DNA from: Octopus bimaculoides
Taxonomy: Eukaryota
Direction: 5' to 3'
Length of the DNA: 64,000 nucleotides
Assembly (NCBI RefSeq): GCF_001194135.2
Contig: NC_068984.1
Location: forward strand, 41,118,982-41,182,981
A program made the position numbers and the translations under genes. Each line of letters starts with the position of its first letter. Positions within the stretch are counted from its first letter, which is position 1. Below the pieces are notes generated by a model. That model did no database searches, was not told where the DNA came from, and saw only the letters and a list, made by a program, of their open reading frames with translations. This document shows positions 37,658-50,167 of the stretch, piece after piece.

Positions 37658-40600
37658 GTGGTCGATATAATCGACTATCCTCTCGCCTTACAAATTTCAG
37701 GCCTTGTGCCTACAGTAGAAAGGATTGTGATAAATATAATTTTTAAAATGATGACGCTCTTTTAAGGCGAGATTTTCTCGGTTCAATTCCGGGTTTCGGC
37801 ACGTTGATGAATTTCTTTATTTTTGAAACTATTATTCATCAAAATCTCTATAGTTAAATTATTTAGTGAGAGAGTGAAAGAAGAGGAGGCTATTTCGGTC
37901 ACATATATACATATATACATATTGTGACATAATTGTTATCATAGTTAGGTTCGTAAGACAACTAAAACGAAATTGAATAATTTACGATAGATACTTTATT
38001 TATTTTATTGTGAATACATAAGACAATTTCACTGATAACTAGACATTTTAAATTAAAAGAAATAGTCGTGGAGTAGCAGAATAACATAGATAATGTCTTC
38101 GATTTCATTCCACAGTTAAGTGTGTTTACTTTTTAAGGTAAACATGAGAGGGTAACAACTCTCAAGGAAACAAAGTGACAAATATATGATAAAAAATATA
38201 GTTTACAAAGCTGTTCTCTCCCATGATTGCACCCTCAGTACTACATATATGGATCTTGAATCGTTTTAAGAATAAAAGCTTTAGAAAACATACAATCAAA
38301 AAAATGTATTTTCTGATCCGTTAAACTTCTAACAATCTAACAGTTTTCAAAATGACTGTAGAATTTCCATGGACTCTGCTAGAATAAATTATTGTTGTAA
38401 GACTAAGCAGCGTCTGTTGGAGAGTGCATTTGAAGAAGCGTAGGCAAAGCCATTCGATACATAATTGTCTGTCTTCAGAAACGATGTATGATCAATAATG
38501 CTTAAAAATCATTGTTTTTTTTTTGAGAATTTACGCGTCGTAACTTGTTACATTCCTTAATAATAACAATAACAATAACGTCCAATGAAGAGTTCCTACA
38601 TGTAGATACAGCAGCTAAAGCTCTTTCAAGAAAAGGAGGAAGGGTTGGATAATGTCGAACCAAATACAATAAATCTGAGAGAAAGTTTGGGATAGTCACG
38701 ACTGGAATACCTTTGATCATTGTTTGCTCAATCAAAGTTAACATTGTGCTAAATAACCAGCACAACAACAACAACAACAACGGTAATTTCTTATTGAGAT
38801 CTGAGGTCATAGATACAGCAAGAGAGGAAGTCTAAAATTGTATCAGAGAAATATAGAAATAATAATGACTCTTTCATTAGCATCCATTCTGGAGAGGAAA
38901 CAATGAATTAAATCTACTTAACTAAAAGCAAAAAAGGAAGCGGGAACCTAACTACCTGCTTATTGTAAGGTAGTTTGTTCGTTGCTCTACTGATCATGCC
39001 AACCTTCACCCTCAAATGTAGAAATATTATGACAAGGAAAAAACACAATCAAAACATTTTTTTACTGATAATTTATTAAACATTAATAAACTAAATGTAT
39101 AGTTATTAAAATGTCTGTTTATTCAGAAAAAAAAATACAAAGTTCCAATGTTGTAGAAATCAATGTTGGAAAATATGATTGATTCCCAGACTGAACTCAT
39201 GAATGTATAAGTTATATATAAATATAAACAAAGTATGACCACCGATGCATCGGTTATCACTGAAAGTTATTGTAGTTTCAAAAAAGAAATTTTCATAGTG
39301 TTAAATGTTGGTACATATTATTTGTCACAAAAAATTATCCTCCGCCATCTTGTTAACCATAAAATCAAAATTTACAACGCGGTAAGAAAGAAGTAATGTC
39401 TTAGTGATGTAAGACATCAATTCTTTCTCAAGATTTTGCCAGCATATTAGATCCAGCAAACAGTATATTACAATCAATGCTTGTTGTGGGTATCTTTATT
39501 TACCAGATGAATGGAGGATATATAAAAAAAATTAAAAAACTTCCTGATAGGTCAGTAAGTACATAGTTAGGATGCTCACCTCTAATATGCAGTTACTTAC
39601 AATATTGCACGCACACATCACATGGCATTTGTCTCAACTTAATGAAACCCCATAATGACCCTATATACACCGATACAGCCATTTTGGTTAGTCATCCTCA
39701 CAGAAATCGTTTATCTTTCATTTTTATTTTTGTGAGATTTTGTAATATTTAAATCAAATTTCGTGAAAAATAAAGTGTATCAAAATTAAAATAAAATGGT
39801 ATCTAGTAAAAGTATCGATTTGATAAAATATTTTGAAATGTAAGTTTTACATTTTCTGTCTTAAATTTGAAAATACTGATGATTTTTGCTTTTAAAAGTA
39901 ACAAAATATCCGTGTTTCGCTTCTCAAGTGAAGTGTTATTTTTTTAATTGATTTCGTTTTAATTTTTCAAATGGTATCTAACCAATACGTCCAATGTTTC
40001 TTTTAATTATTTGTCATGTTATTTAAATAATCTTGTTTTACTATTAAATATCTAAATAGCTGAGATGAGTTATCGTTGATACGAAAATAATCTTTCGGAC
40101 TATTAACCTCAGTGTGAGCTTTAGAGATGAGGTTAATAATCAGAATAAATTATAATCGTATCTGTTTATTTTTTCAATTCAAAAAAGAATTTTAGAATAC
40201 CGTCTTATGTTTTCCTCTTTTGGATATATATATATTCATAATTACTTACTCATGNNNNNNNNNNNNNNNNNNNNNNNNNNNNNNNNNNNNNNNNNNNNNN
40301 NNNNNNNNNNNNNNNNNNNNNNNNNNNNNNNNNNNNNNNNNNNNNNNNNNNNNNNNNNNNNNNNNNNNNNNNNNNNNNNNNNNNNNNNNNNNNNNNNNNN
40401 NNNNNNNNNNNNATATATATGTGTATGTATAAAGATTTATACACTCACACACACATATTACATGTCATAAATATATTGGGGAATGCATGCTTTGCGTTAA
40501 GGCTATGATGGCTGCGTTTTCTATCACTATAAAGACATAACGGAGAAGACTTGTGATATATACACATATATACCTCAATTCACAATGATTAATGGAATCT

Positions 40601-40919
40601 GTAATGATAGGACAAAGAGACACTAGGCAATTATTCTGATGCTTTCTTTGAATTAAGATGCAGTTATATCACCCAAAAATAAACAATCCGAGAATTTCCC
40701 GTTGTCCTCGACTTTTTAAGCACACACACACACACACACACGAACACACACATGCATACACACTCATATATACGAAAGTGAACGTGATTTCCTAGGACTT
40801 TTTCGGCTGCTGGGTTTGTGGGATACCACTTGAAAATGTTGTCCTCATGCAATGTATGATGTATGTAGGAATAGTGAGACTAGTAGGTTGCTGATGTCCG
40901 TTTTCGCAAATATAAATCT

Positions 40920-40962
<43 letters not shown>

Positions 40963-41413
40963 CACATTACATATAATACACATTACATATATATTATATA
41001 TAATATTATATATATATTATACTATATCAACTTGTATATATATATATTATTTTATACATAAACGTGTTGCTTCATACATTCTCATGCGCACAAACATTTA
41101 CATTCTAATGGATGCTGACATCGTTATGCTTTATTTCAATCATGTTTAGATCGTCTGTCTATTCACTCAAATGTCCGTGCGTACGAACGCCCCCAACAGG
41201 TATTGTTTCGTTTGTAGAGAAAATAAAAACTGTCCAATTGTTCAATTAGGAAATATGATACCGGCCATGAAAGGATAGGTTTTGTTCCATTCTTTTCTCC
41301 TTCAAGCAAACTGGTCCGATTGTCCTTCATATTGACCAACAGAGACCATTATTTCACTTCGATCAAAGTTCACGTAATACTATTAATGATAAATTCTTTG
41401 GATGTTTCTAGAT

Positions 41414-41421
41414 TCATAGTT
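41414..41421 (-). CDS. Predicted terminal coding exon of the VWA gene (...ICE-K-L-stop), followed by 3' UTR with AATAAA at 41130-41135
   Basis: Strong polypyrimidine acceptor ttttcttttctttttaatttcag at 41422-41423; phase-1 join A|AA CTA TGA; poly(A) signal about 280 nt downstream. Confidence 0.55.
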
Positions 41422-41742
41422 CTGAAATTAAAAAGAAAAGAAAATGTAAACATAAGTGTGTGTGTGTGTGNNNNNNNNNNNNNNNNNNNNNNNNNNNNNN
41501 NNNNNNNNNNNNNNNNNNNNNNNNNNNNNNNNNNNNNNNNNNNNNNNNNNNNNNNNNNNNNNNNNNNNNNNNNNNNNNNNNNNNNNNNNNNNNNNNNNNN
41601 NNNNNNNNNNNNNNNNNNNNNNNNNNNNNNNNNNNNNNNNNNNNNNNNNNNNNNNNNNNNNNNNNNNNNNNNNNNNNNNNNNNNNNNNNNNNNNNNNNNN
41701 NNNNNNNNNNNNNNNNNNNNNNNNNNNNNNNNNNNNNNNNNN

Positions 41743-41800
<58 letters not shown>

Positions 41801-42114
41801 AGCTTTCGAACATTGCTGTGTTCGAGCGTAATTTTTTATATTATTGCTATGTATTTTCTCATTAATTTTTCATATGTAGCTTAGATTGATAAGACCATTT
41901 ATAATTCTCGGTCTCATCTTCTGTATGAAGTGGTTGTTAGTGGAGTTTCTTTTTATAATCGTGTGTTTTTTTTTTTGTAAGGGTAGTAGGACTGATGCTG
42001 TTAGAAAAATTCACCCATCGCTGGAATCGTATATTGTATTTTATCTGTAGAAGTCTCTATTACGAAGTAACTCGTTATAATATTGATTTCAAATTTTGGC
42101 ACAGCTGCAGTAAT

Positions 42115-42670
42115 TTTGTGGGAGTGGCTAAGTCGATTACATCGACCCTTGTGCTCAGCTGGTATTTATTTGGTCGAGCTCCGAAGGATGAAAAACAAAG
42201 TTGACCTCTGCAGAAATTTACCTCAGAACATGAAGACGGACGAAATACTTAGCAACATTTCGTCCGGTGTGCTAACAATTCTACTGACTTGCTGCCTTTA
42301 TTACTCATGTTAATATTAAGAAGCGTGAAAATTCCGCAGAGGTCGACTTTGCCTTTCATTTTTTGGGTCGATAAAGTAAGTACAAGCTGAGCACTGAGGT
42401 CGATGTAATCTACTTCGTCCCTCCCACGAAATTTCAGGTCACGTGCCAATATTTGAAACCAATATTATGAAGCGCCAAGGTGGCGAGCTGGCAGAATCAT
42501 TAGCACGCCGGACAAAATGCTTAGCGGCATTTCGTCCGTCTTCACGTTCTGAGTTCAAATGTTATCGAGGTCGACTTTGCTTTTTATCCTTTCAGGGTCG
42601 ATAAAATAAGTACTAGTTGAACACGGAGATCGATATAATCGACTCACTCTCTTCCTCGAAATTTGAAATC
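42115..42670. mobile_element. Cluster of three same-family SINE copies (one minus, two plus)
   Basis: About 42115-42270 (-), 42330-42450 (+) and 42472-42670 (+); GGCAGAATC.TTAGCACGCCGGAC.AAATGCTTAGC...GTCGATAAAATAAGTAC. Confidence 0.75.
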
Positions 42671-42907
42671 AATATTAAGAAGTGCTAAATATCAATACTG
42701 AGTACCTTCTTTTCTTCCTCTTTATACACATATAAACATCCAGTGTAATTTTCTATCATTTACATTGTTATTTCTGCCTTTATAACAATGATTATTTTAT
42801 GTACACTGCCGTAAATGCTGTGAACTAGTGTTTGACTCGTTGGAATAAACGATGTTAGTGTTTACAAAATACGATATCAAATGAAGTAAATCAAACAATT
42901 AACTTAC

Positions 42908-43462
42908 TTTCACAAATAAGATTGACGAAGTTTGCCACGGAGTTATTTAATTCAGAATAACTTGGGACTCTGATAGTATGTTCTTTGACTTTTCTGGATG
43001 CTAGTCTCGACATTTCTTTCTCTAAATATTCATTGCCAATGGTAACCACGAATATCTCAATATTTGATAATTTCATTTTCATTGCTTCTAAAAGTACTTT
43101 TTTGGCGTCTACGAGTGGACTGTCCACGAAAAGGATGACAAGTTTGCGCGCTTCCGTTCGAGCACCATTGTTCTTATTAAATCCTACTCGGTGAACTCGT
43201 CTCAGAGTGTGTATCCTTGACTTGTCTTTGGTTATTTTTAGTTCTTTAATGAAACTATATTTGTCATTATGATCGTTCAGATAAATATCTTCGGAGTCCG
43301 GACAATCTGTGAAGACACCGATACGAACGGGATTATTAGGGCCCATGTCTAACAAATCTGCTGTCTTAGCAATGAAATCTTTAATCAGTTGAATTCGTGA
43401 TGGCGCCATGACAAGTCTGTCTAATAAAAAGATCATGTCTGCTTGCCCAGATGCTCCACATC
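42908..43462 (-). CDS. VWA-domain exon 2 (degenerate MIDAS) of a matrilin/collagen-VWA-like protein
   Basis: tctgcag acceptor and gtaagt donor; 555 bp, phase 1-1; CGASGQADMIFLLD...VRIGVFT...GARTEARKLVILFVD...IEIFVVTIG...ICE. Confidence 0.9.
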
Positions 43463-43509
43463 CTGCAGAAGGAGAAAAAAAAAAATGCATTAAATAACGT
43501 TTCTTTGCT

Positions 43510-43540
<31 letters not shown>

Positions 43541-43699
43541 TGTTTTTATTAGGAAAGCAATGAGTGTCACATATTTTGTTTATACTTTCACAAAACCTGT
43601 GTATAAACTTAATCATATGTGACAATCATACCTTTGACAAGATCATTGAGGACATTAAGTTAAGTGAAATGCCAATAACTGGGGCCAAAATGGAATGTA

Positions 43700-43916
43700 C
43701 GAGTGGGTGCTGAAAAGTTTCTGGATTTGGGTAACAGAAAATACAGGAGGATCAGTTAATTATGATTTTACTCAACATATTCCCCTCTCAGATTCACACA
43801 GTTATTGCAGCGGTCATTCAGCTTTTCTAAGCCCTGTAAAAGAACTCGGAAGGTTGGGCGTCCAGCCAGGCCTTTCGCGACACTCTTAAAGCCAGGAACT
43901 TTTCAGCACCCCGTCG
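43700..43916. mobile_element. Mariner-type MITE
   Basis: TA-CGAGTGGGTGCTGAAAAGTTTCTGG...CCAGGAACTTTTCAGCACCCCGTCG-TA. Confidence 0.85.
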
Positions 43917-44703
43917 TAGTATCGGCCAATCGATAGATTACTCCTACTCAACAGCACTCGCCACATTAATGTTGACTGCGCACATGAAATGAAATTACTG
44001 CGAATATAGACACAAATTTATTTGAAGAAACTAAGAATTGATTTTTCTTTTTTGCAATTTTGAAATGTGTTAAGCGTAACAAAAACGTTTGAATATTGTG
44101 AATTTTCTGTTATCCAATTTTCGGCAAAATCTAAATATGTCAACTGGCAAAAATAGAGTTAGTAACCACGTCGACTGCAAACTAGGCTAGTAATACAAGG
44201 CAGAAAACAGATGGTAGAAGGACACACCACATGGCTTGAAAATGAAAGAGATTCAAAAATATGAGAAACGTTTGCACATATTGACAAAAACTGCAGCTGT
44301 TCAAAAACTACGGAGAAGAGAAAAACAGTGCCAGCTTCACCCTCGAAGAAATGCAGAAATTTTCAAAGGATAAAGATTTGAAAATAGAAATATTTTGGTT
44401 TTGGGGGTTGAAAATACGAGTGATAGTAGTACAATACAAATACATAGATTGACAAGATACCAACTAGCAACCCTAACCAGGGAACGTATAAAACGGTATT
44501 GGTAAGGTATTGGAATCTTAATAATGGATTTACAAAGCCAACGACCAATCTTAAAAACAATTGGACTTTACTCACAAGGTATTGGAATCTTATATGTATA
44601 CCATTCTGCCTAATCAATGGATTTACAAATACAATATCCCTACATTCACTCTCTATTTCCTATCTTAACTAAACTAACTATTGCTTAATCATCCTCTCAC
44701 ACC

Positions 44704-44751
44704 GTCTCCGATGAAGGGATATAATAAATATCCTGGAAACAGCTGTAAGAC
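44704..44751 (+). ncRNA. Minimal type-I hammerhead ribozyme motif (Penelope-associated type)
   Basis: Stem I GTCT/AGAC; core CCGATGA (U4 to C variant); stem II GGGATAT-aataa-ATATCCT; GAAA; palindromic stem III ACAGCTGT; GUA cleavage triplet. Confidence 0.7.
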
Positions 44752-44962
44752 ATTCGAGTTATAAATGTTCTATATTATACACGCCTTTGTTCTTTTACCT
44801 CATTATAAAAAGTATATCCTATATTCACACGCTGATATATGACCTACGTTGGACCCCTTATTCGCATAACCACCGAACCCGGAAAAAACTGTGGTCAATC
44901 CATAGCACTTACTCAGCATTACCTGAAACCTCTGGGTCTAATTGACCACTATCGCTCATAAC

Positions 44963-45038
44963 CTATATATATATATACATACATATATATATATACATAT
45001 GTACATATACATATATATACATATACATATACATATAC

Positions 45039-45070
<32 letters not shown>

Positions 45071-45900
45071 GCATACATATACATATATATACATATACAT
45101 ATATATACATATACATACATATACATATACATACATATACATACATATACATACATATATATACATATACATACATATACATATATATATACATATATAT
45201 ATACATACATATACATATATGTACATATATATATACATATATATATACATATATATATACATATATATATATATACATATATATACATATCCATATATAT
45301 ACATATATATATATACATATACATATGCATATATNNNNNNNNNNNNNNNNNNNNNNNNNNNNNNNNNNNNNNNNNNNNNNNNNNNNNNNNNNNNNNNNNN
45401 NNNNNNNNNNNNNNNNNNNNNNNNNNNNNNNNNNNNNNNNNNNNNNNNNNNNNNNNNNNNNNNNNNNNNNNNNNNNNNNNNNNNNNNNNNNNNNNNNNNN
45501 NNNNNNNNNNNNNNNNNNNNNNNNNNNNNNNNNNNNNNNNNNNNNNNNNNNNNNNNNNNNNNNNNNNNNNNNNNNNNNNNNNNNNNNNNNNNNNNNNNNN
45601 NNNNNNNNNNNNNNNNNNNNNNNNNNNNNNNNNNNNNNNNNNNNNNNNNNNNNNNNNNNNNNNNNNNNNNNNNNNNNNNNNNNNNNNNNNNNNNNNNNNN
45701 NNNNNNNNNNNNNNNNNNNNNNNNNNNNNNNNNNNNNNNNNNNNNNNNNNNNNNNNNNNNNNNNNNNNNNNNNNNNNNNNNNNNNNNNNNNNNNNNNNNN
45801 NNNNNNNNNNNNNNNNNNNNNNNNNNNNNNNNNNNNNNNNNNNNNNNNNNNNNNNNNNNNATATATATATATATATACATATACACACACATATATATAC
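44963..45900. repeat. Compound (TA)/(CATATA)n microsatellite spanning an N-gap
   Basis: Low-complexity run; it explains the long I/Y/H ORFs. Confidence 0.95.
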
Positions 45901-46464
45901 ATATAGAAATGTCATGAAGGACTCTCCTGTCGTTAGATGACATATGAGGGTTCTGTAATGTTTGCCGAACAACCACACAAATGATTTGTCCATAGTGGTC
46001 AAGTGTTTGGGTTCACATAAACTCACTCTCTCCATCAAATCGACATTACCTGTACAGGTGCACTGTTTGCCACATGTCAGATGACGATATGATCGCAGAG
46101 GAACGTGAAATGAAGTGCTTTGCTCAAGAGTACAACGCAACGCTTCCTCTGGGACGCCTTCTAGTTTCTTTCTGCTAAATCCAATCGCAAGGCTTTGTAC
46201 GATAGTAGTACCATTGTACCATATTAGATGACACTTGCCCAAGTTGCTGCTCAGTGGGAATGAACCTAAGACCACAGGGTTGGGACTATTCCACAAGGTG
46301 TTGTATATGTTTTGCAATATTTGTTCCAGCATTATATGTTATTGATTTCAAAATCTGCCGAGGTCAATGTTATCTCTCATCCTTCCGCGATCAGTAAAAT
46401 AAAGTTCCAGTCAAATACTTAGATCGCTCAACCAAAATTTTTATCCTTGTGTATATTTTAGAGT

Positions 46465-46856
46465 GGAGGCGCAATGGCCCAGTGGTTAGGGCAGCGGACT
46501 CGCGGTCATAAGATCGCGGTTTCGATTCCCAGACCGGGCGTTGTGAGTGTTTATTGAGCGAAAACACCTAAAGCTCCACGAGGCTCCGGCAGGGGATGGT
46601 GGTGAACCCTGCTGTACTCTTTCACCACCATTTTCTCTCACTCTTACTTCCTGTTTCTGTTGTACCTGTAATTCAAAGGATTAGCCTTGTCACACTGTGT
46701 CACGCTGAATATCCCTGAGAACTACGTTAAGGGTACACGTGTCTGTGGAGTGCTCAGCCACTTGCACGTTAATTTCACGAGCAGGCTGTTCCGTTGATCG
46801 GATCAACTGGAACCCTCGACGTCGTAAGCGACGGAGTGTCAACAACAACAACAACA
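46465..46856 (+). mobile_element. Full-length tRNA-derived SINE
   Basis: A box TGGCCCAGTGG, B box GGTTTCGATTCC, (CAA)n tail. Confidence 0.85.
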
Positions 46857-47127
46857 TATTTTAGAAATGATTATTTAGGGTGGTGGTGGTGGACTGGCAG
46901 AGTCGTTGAAACGTTTATAAAACATGCTTTGCAGTATTTAGTTTCGGAGTTTTGCGTTCTAGGCTCAAATTCCTATGGGGTCAAGTTTACCTCTCTCAAA
47001 CCCTTCTGGAATCGATAAAATAAAGTACAAACCAAATTCTTTGATCAGTAGTATCATGTAACTCCTTCCATAGAAATTTCAGTTCTTGTGCCTAGATTAG
47101 AGAATTATTGTTATATCTGAGCGATAA

Positions 47128-47295
47128 CGAAGCAACACTCTGTCGGTTACGAAGACGAGCGTTCCTGTCGATCCAATTAACGGAGCAACCTGCTCGTGAA
47201 ATTAACGTGCAAGTGGTTGAGTACTCCACAAACGCGCGTATCTTTAACGTAGTCCTGGGGGAGATTCTGCGTGACATAGAACGTGGCAAGACTGG
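47128..47295 (-). mobile_element. Inverted 3' half of the same SINE family
   Basis: ACCTGCTCGTGAAATTAACGTGCAAGTGG is the reverse complement of 46750-46790. Confidence 0.8.
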
Positions 47296-47529
47296 AATTA
47301 CAAATACAACTGGAATTACAAGTAAAACTCAAATAACGTACCAGTAAACATTAGGTTACGTGTAATCGACAAGCCCCTCCCCTCAAAGTTACTGGCCTTG
47401 TTCCTAAGCGAGAAATTATTATTAATATATGTTGCTGTGAGCAGATGTTCCTTCGCTTGATTCCCAGAATTTTAATTTCTGGACGTCCTGGGTGCGAAGA
47501 GAAAAGTAATAATAATACTGTAATAATAC

Positions 47530-47580
47530 TGGGGTGCGGGTCAGAAAGTCCATCTGCTGTAAGTGTAGTAGTAAGGAGGA
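47530..47580 (-). CDS. Candidate 51-bp linker exon between the two VWA exons (VLLTTTLTADGLSDPHPR)
   Basis: Polypyrimidine acceptor ttttttcatttctcaaatag; phase 1-1 and a multiple of 3; Thr/Pro-rich linker composition; the donor A|gtatta is weak. Confidence 0.5.
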
Positions 47581-47629
47581 CTATTTGAGAAATGAAAAAA
47601 AAAGGTAACAACGACGGTAGGCTACAAAA

Positions 47630-49360
47630 ACAGCTGTTCTGAGTGTGTCACTGGTCGAGGTTCCAGAAGCATAGATCGCTTCGTCTTCATTCGCAGAACC
47701 CTGCAATGACCTGCCTCATCCCTCGGCCATAATCATCAGCACCATCTTATCGTCTCGCAATGAAGAGATGGATCAACAGGAGGGGCAGATTGTCGAGAAA
47801 AGAGGAAAGGCGGGAAAAACAGAAAACCCTCTTAAAAGGGGACTCGAAGGAAAACGAGTAAAATTTATATAGAGTAGCTCATCTTCTGAAAATATATGAA
47901 GTTTACTTGCTTTAAATAGCAAACGACCAACTGGTGGATGGTTCAAACGTTTCATAGAAAGATCATATGAAATATCATGTGCAGATTTGTGAGGAGATTT
48001 GTGTATCAAGTGAACATAAAGACATATATAATTTTTTTTTTTAAATAGTATAAATATACAAACAAAAACGTTGCATACACAAACATTTACTTTGAAGCTA
48101 CAATTTGAAGGACACAGAAATAGTGGTGGAAATATAAATTTAAATAACAAAATCTGTGTAAACAATGAAAACGATAGCACCAGCAACAACTGTAACTTAC
48201 TCTCTACCAGCGTTGCGAGTCAAAAGGAGGCTATGAAGTAACACCAACCAGAAGAAAAAGTATGGAAGACGTATGTCGCAAAGGCAAGTGCTTCCTTACC
48301 CGAAGAACATATTGAAGAATGGACAAAGAAGAGAGTGACAGCTTTGGTTTTTCTTAAGTAAAAAAGAAAGAGCGAGAGAGGTTTTCCATACGCTCTCAAA
48401 TGTGGAAATGATGCGAGAAGATAGGTAGTGTTTGTGTTTCACACGGGGTTGATACGCAATATATGGACTGGGTAAATACGAGGGTACGACCAAAGACATC
48501 GGTGCCAACGTAGATCCTTCGTTCGTTATCTTTGTTACGGCACAGCATGAGCAGATGGTAAGCTCAGAGATAATCAGAAACACTCTGTAGTCAGGTGGAA
48601 TCTGCATAGGCATACAGGCACTGATGACTCTTGATGATCAAAAGATTATTTCAGAGTGGGAGAAAAAAATGAACCAGATTGATAGTTTAGGTTAAACTGT
48701 CCAAGTGAAACGCGTGCGGACTATGAGCCACGTTAGGGCCTGGAGAAATGCCAAAGAAGGAAAACAGCAGTAAACAACAGCAGATCAGAAACAACACCAG
48801 ACCCCTAAGGTGCACACAAGGTAGAAGACTATCACTGCTGCCGCCGCCACCTCTTCTGTTGATTTTTACAGCATCACCGGTCGCAACTTCTGAGAAGCTG
48901 AATCATCTTATCCTTTGTGTCATCGGCACCAGGTCCGATCCGGTAAAGCAGGGAAAAGAGGATCCCATAGATGTTGGAAGTCCTCATAGAGTGGCCTATC
49001 CTTCTAGAATACATGAACTTCTCGCTTGTTCATGATGAAAACTGGGACCTAATGAAACTACTAAGGAAATAAAAAAAATATTGCGTTAGTTGAGGCAGTA
49101 AGGAACGCAAATCAAAAGATGATAGGTGGTAAATGAAGACTATATTAATAGTCTACTAATAGTCAAAGGAGAACTATGTAGAGGTTACGGAAGTCTTCAT
49201 TCTTCGATTAAAACCGTACAGACACAGGCATAAATCTAAAGACGCTTATTACAACTGGAGCAGAAAGTAAACGGAGTCATTGTGTGGATTTGTTGCCCTT
49301 GTTTGTTTTACTAAACTTTTAACCTGGTTTATACTATATTGTATTAAATTTTCCCCTACG
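47630..49360 (+). mobile_element. Unclassified decayed retroelement-like repeat
   Basis: GC-richer than its flanks, fragmentary ORFs, ends in (TA)n; 48197-48313 has an inverted copy at 52220-52336. Confidence 0.4.
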
Positions 49361-49365
49361 TCCCT

Positions 49366-49397
<32 letters not shown>

Positions 49398-49706
49398 NNN
49401 NNNNNNNNNNNNNNNNNNNNNNNNNNNNNNNNNNNNNNNNNNNNNNNNNNNNNNNNNNNNNNNNNNNNNNNNNNNNNNNNNNNNNNNNNNNNNNNNNNNN
49501 NNNNNNNNNNNNNNNNNNNNNNNNNNNNNNNNNNNNNNNNNNNNNNNNNNNNNNNNNNNNNNNNNNNNNNNNNNNNNNNNNNNNNNNNNNNNNNNNNNNN
49601 NNNNNNNNNNNNATATATATATATATAAGTACGAGTGAGTAGACGAACGAAAGAAGGGCACTCTACATATTTATTGGAAGTTACATGTATAGATCAAAAC
49701 AATTTA

Positions 49707-50085
49707 ATTCAGAATCCTTGGTACTCTGAGTTTCAAGCGCGTGGTTAGTCTTCGGCTATTGGAGTCTGAATGAGGATTTCACTGAAGGGAGTCAATGTTT
49801 ATTACTGAACGTTACCCTGCGATTGCTCGATAAAGGTCACACAGTATTGATGTTGGTATCTAGCGATAGCAATTAGATGGAAAATACCGCATGATGAACA
49901 GGGAATCGACTGCGTGGTGAACAGGAAATTGACCATGTGCTGGACAAGATATCGGTCGGGGAAGTAGGAAGGGATGTAGATGTGGGGGTACATGTATATG
50001 CCAATATGTACACGTGTATGCATCAGCACTTATACGAGTGTGTATATGTACTTAGATATACTTAGATATACATCCGTACGCGCAT

Positions 50086-50167
<82 letters not shown>

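Noticed and set aside
38502-38810. 102-aa ORF with a leucine run as a signal-peptide exon
   Set aside because: The run derives from a (TTG)n repeat; no homology or splice context is recognisable.
42008-42021. 14-bp exact match to the missing right TIR of the maT element (reverse complement of 35059-35072)
   Set aside because: It lacks the terminal CCCTG-TA, and the 5.8 kb between would include the host gene's probable last exon. It is more likely an independent scar or chance.
44942-46332. Long ORFs of 190-460 aa (also at 28590, 34818, 40207, 41320, 49280, 49980, 51444 and 57716)
   Set aside because: They are translations of TA/CA/GA microsatellites and N-gaps.
46465-46540. tRNA gene
   Set aside because: A and B boxes are present, but the head continues into a 390-bp SINE body with a (CAA)n tail and gives no clean cloverleaf.
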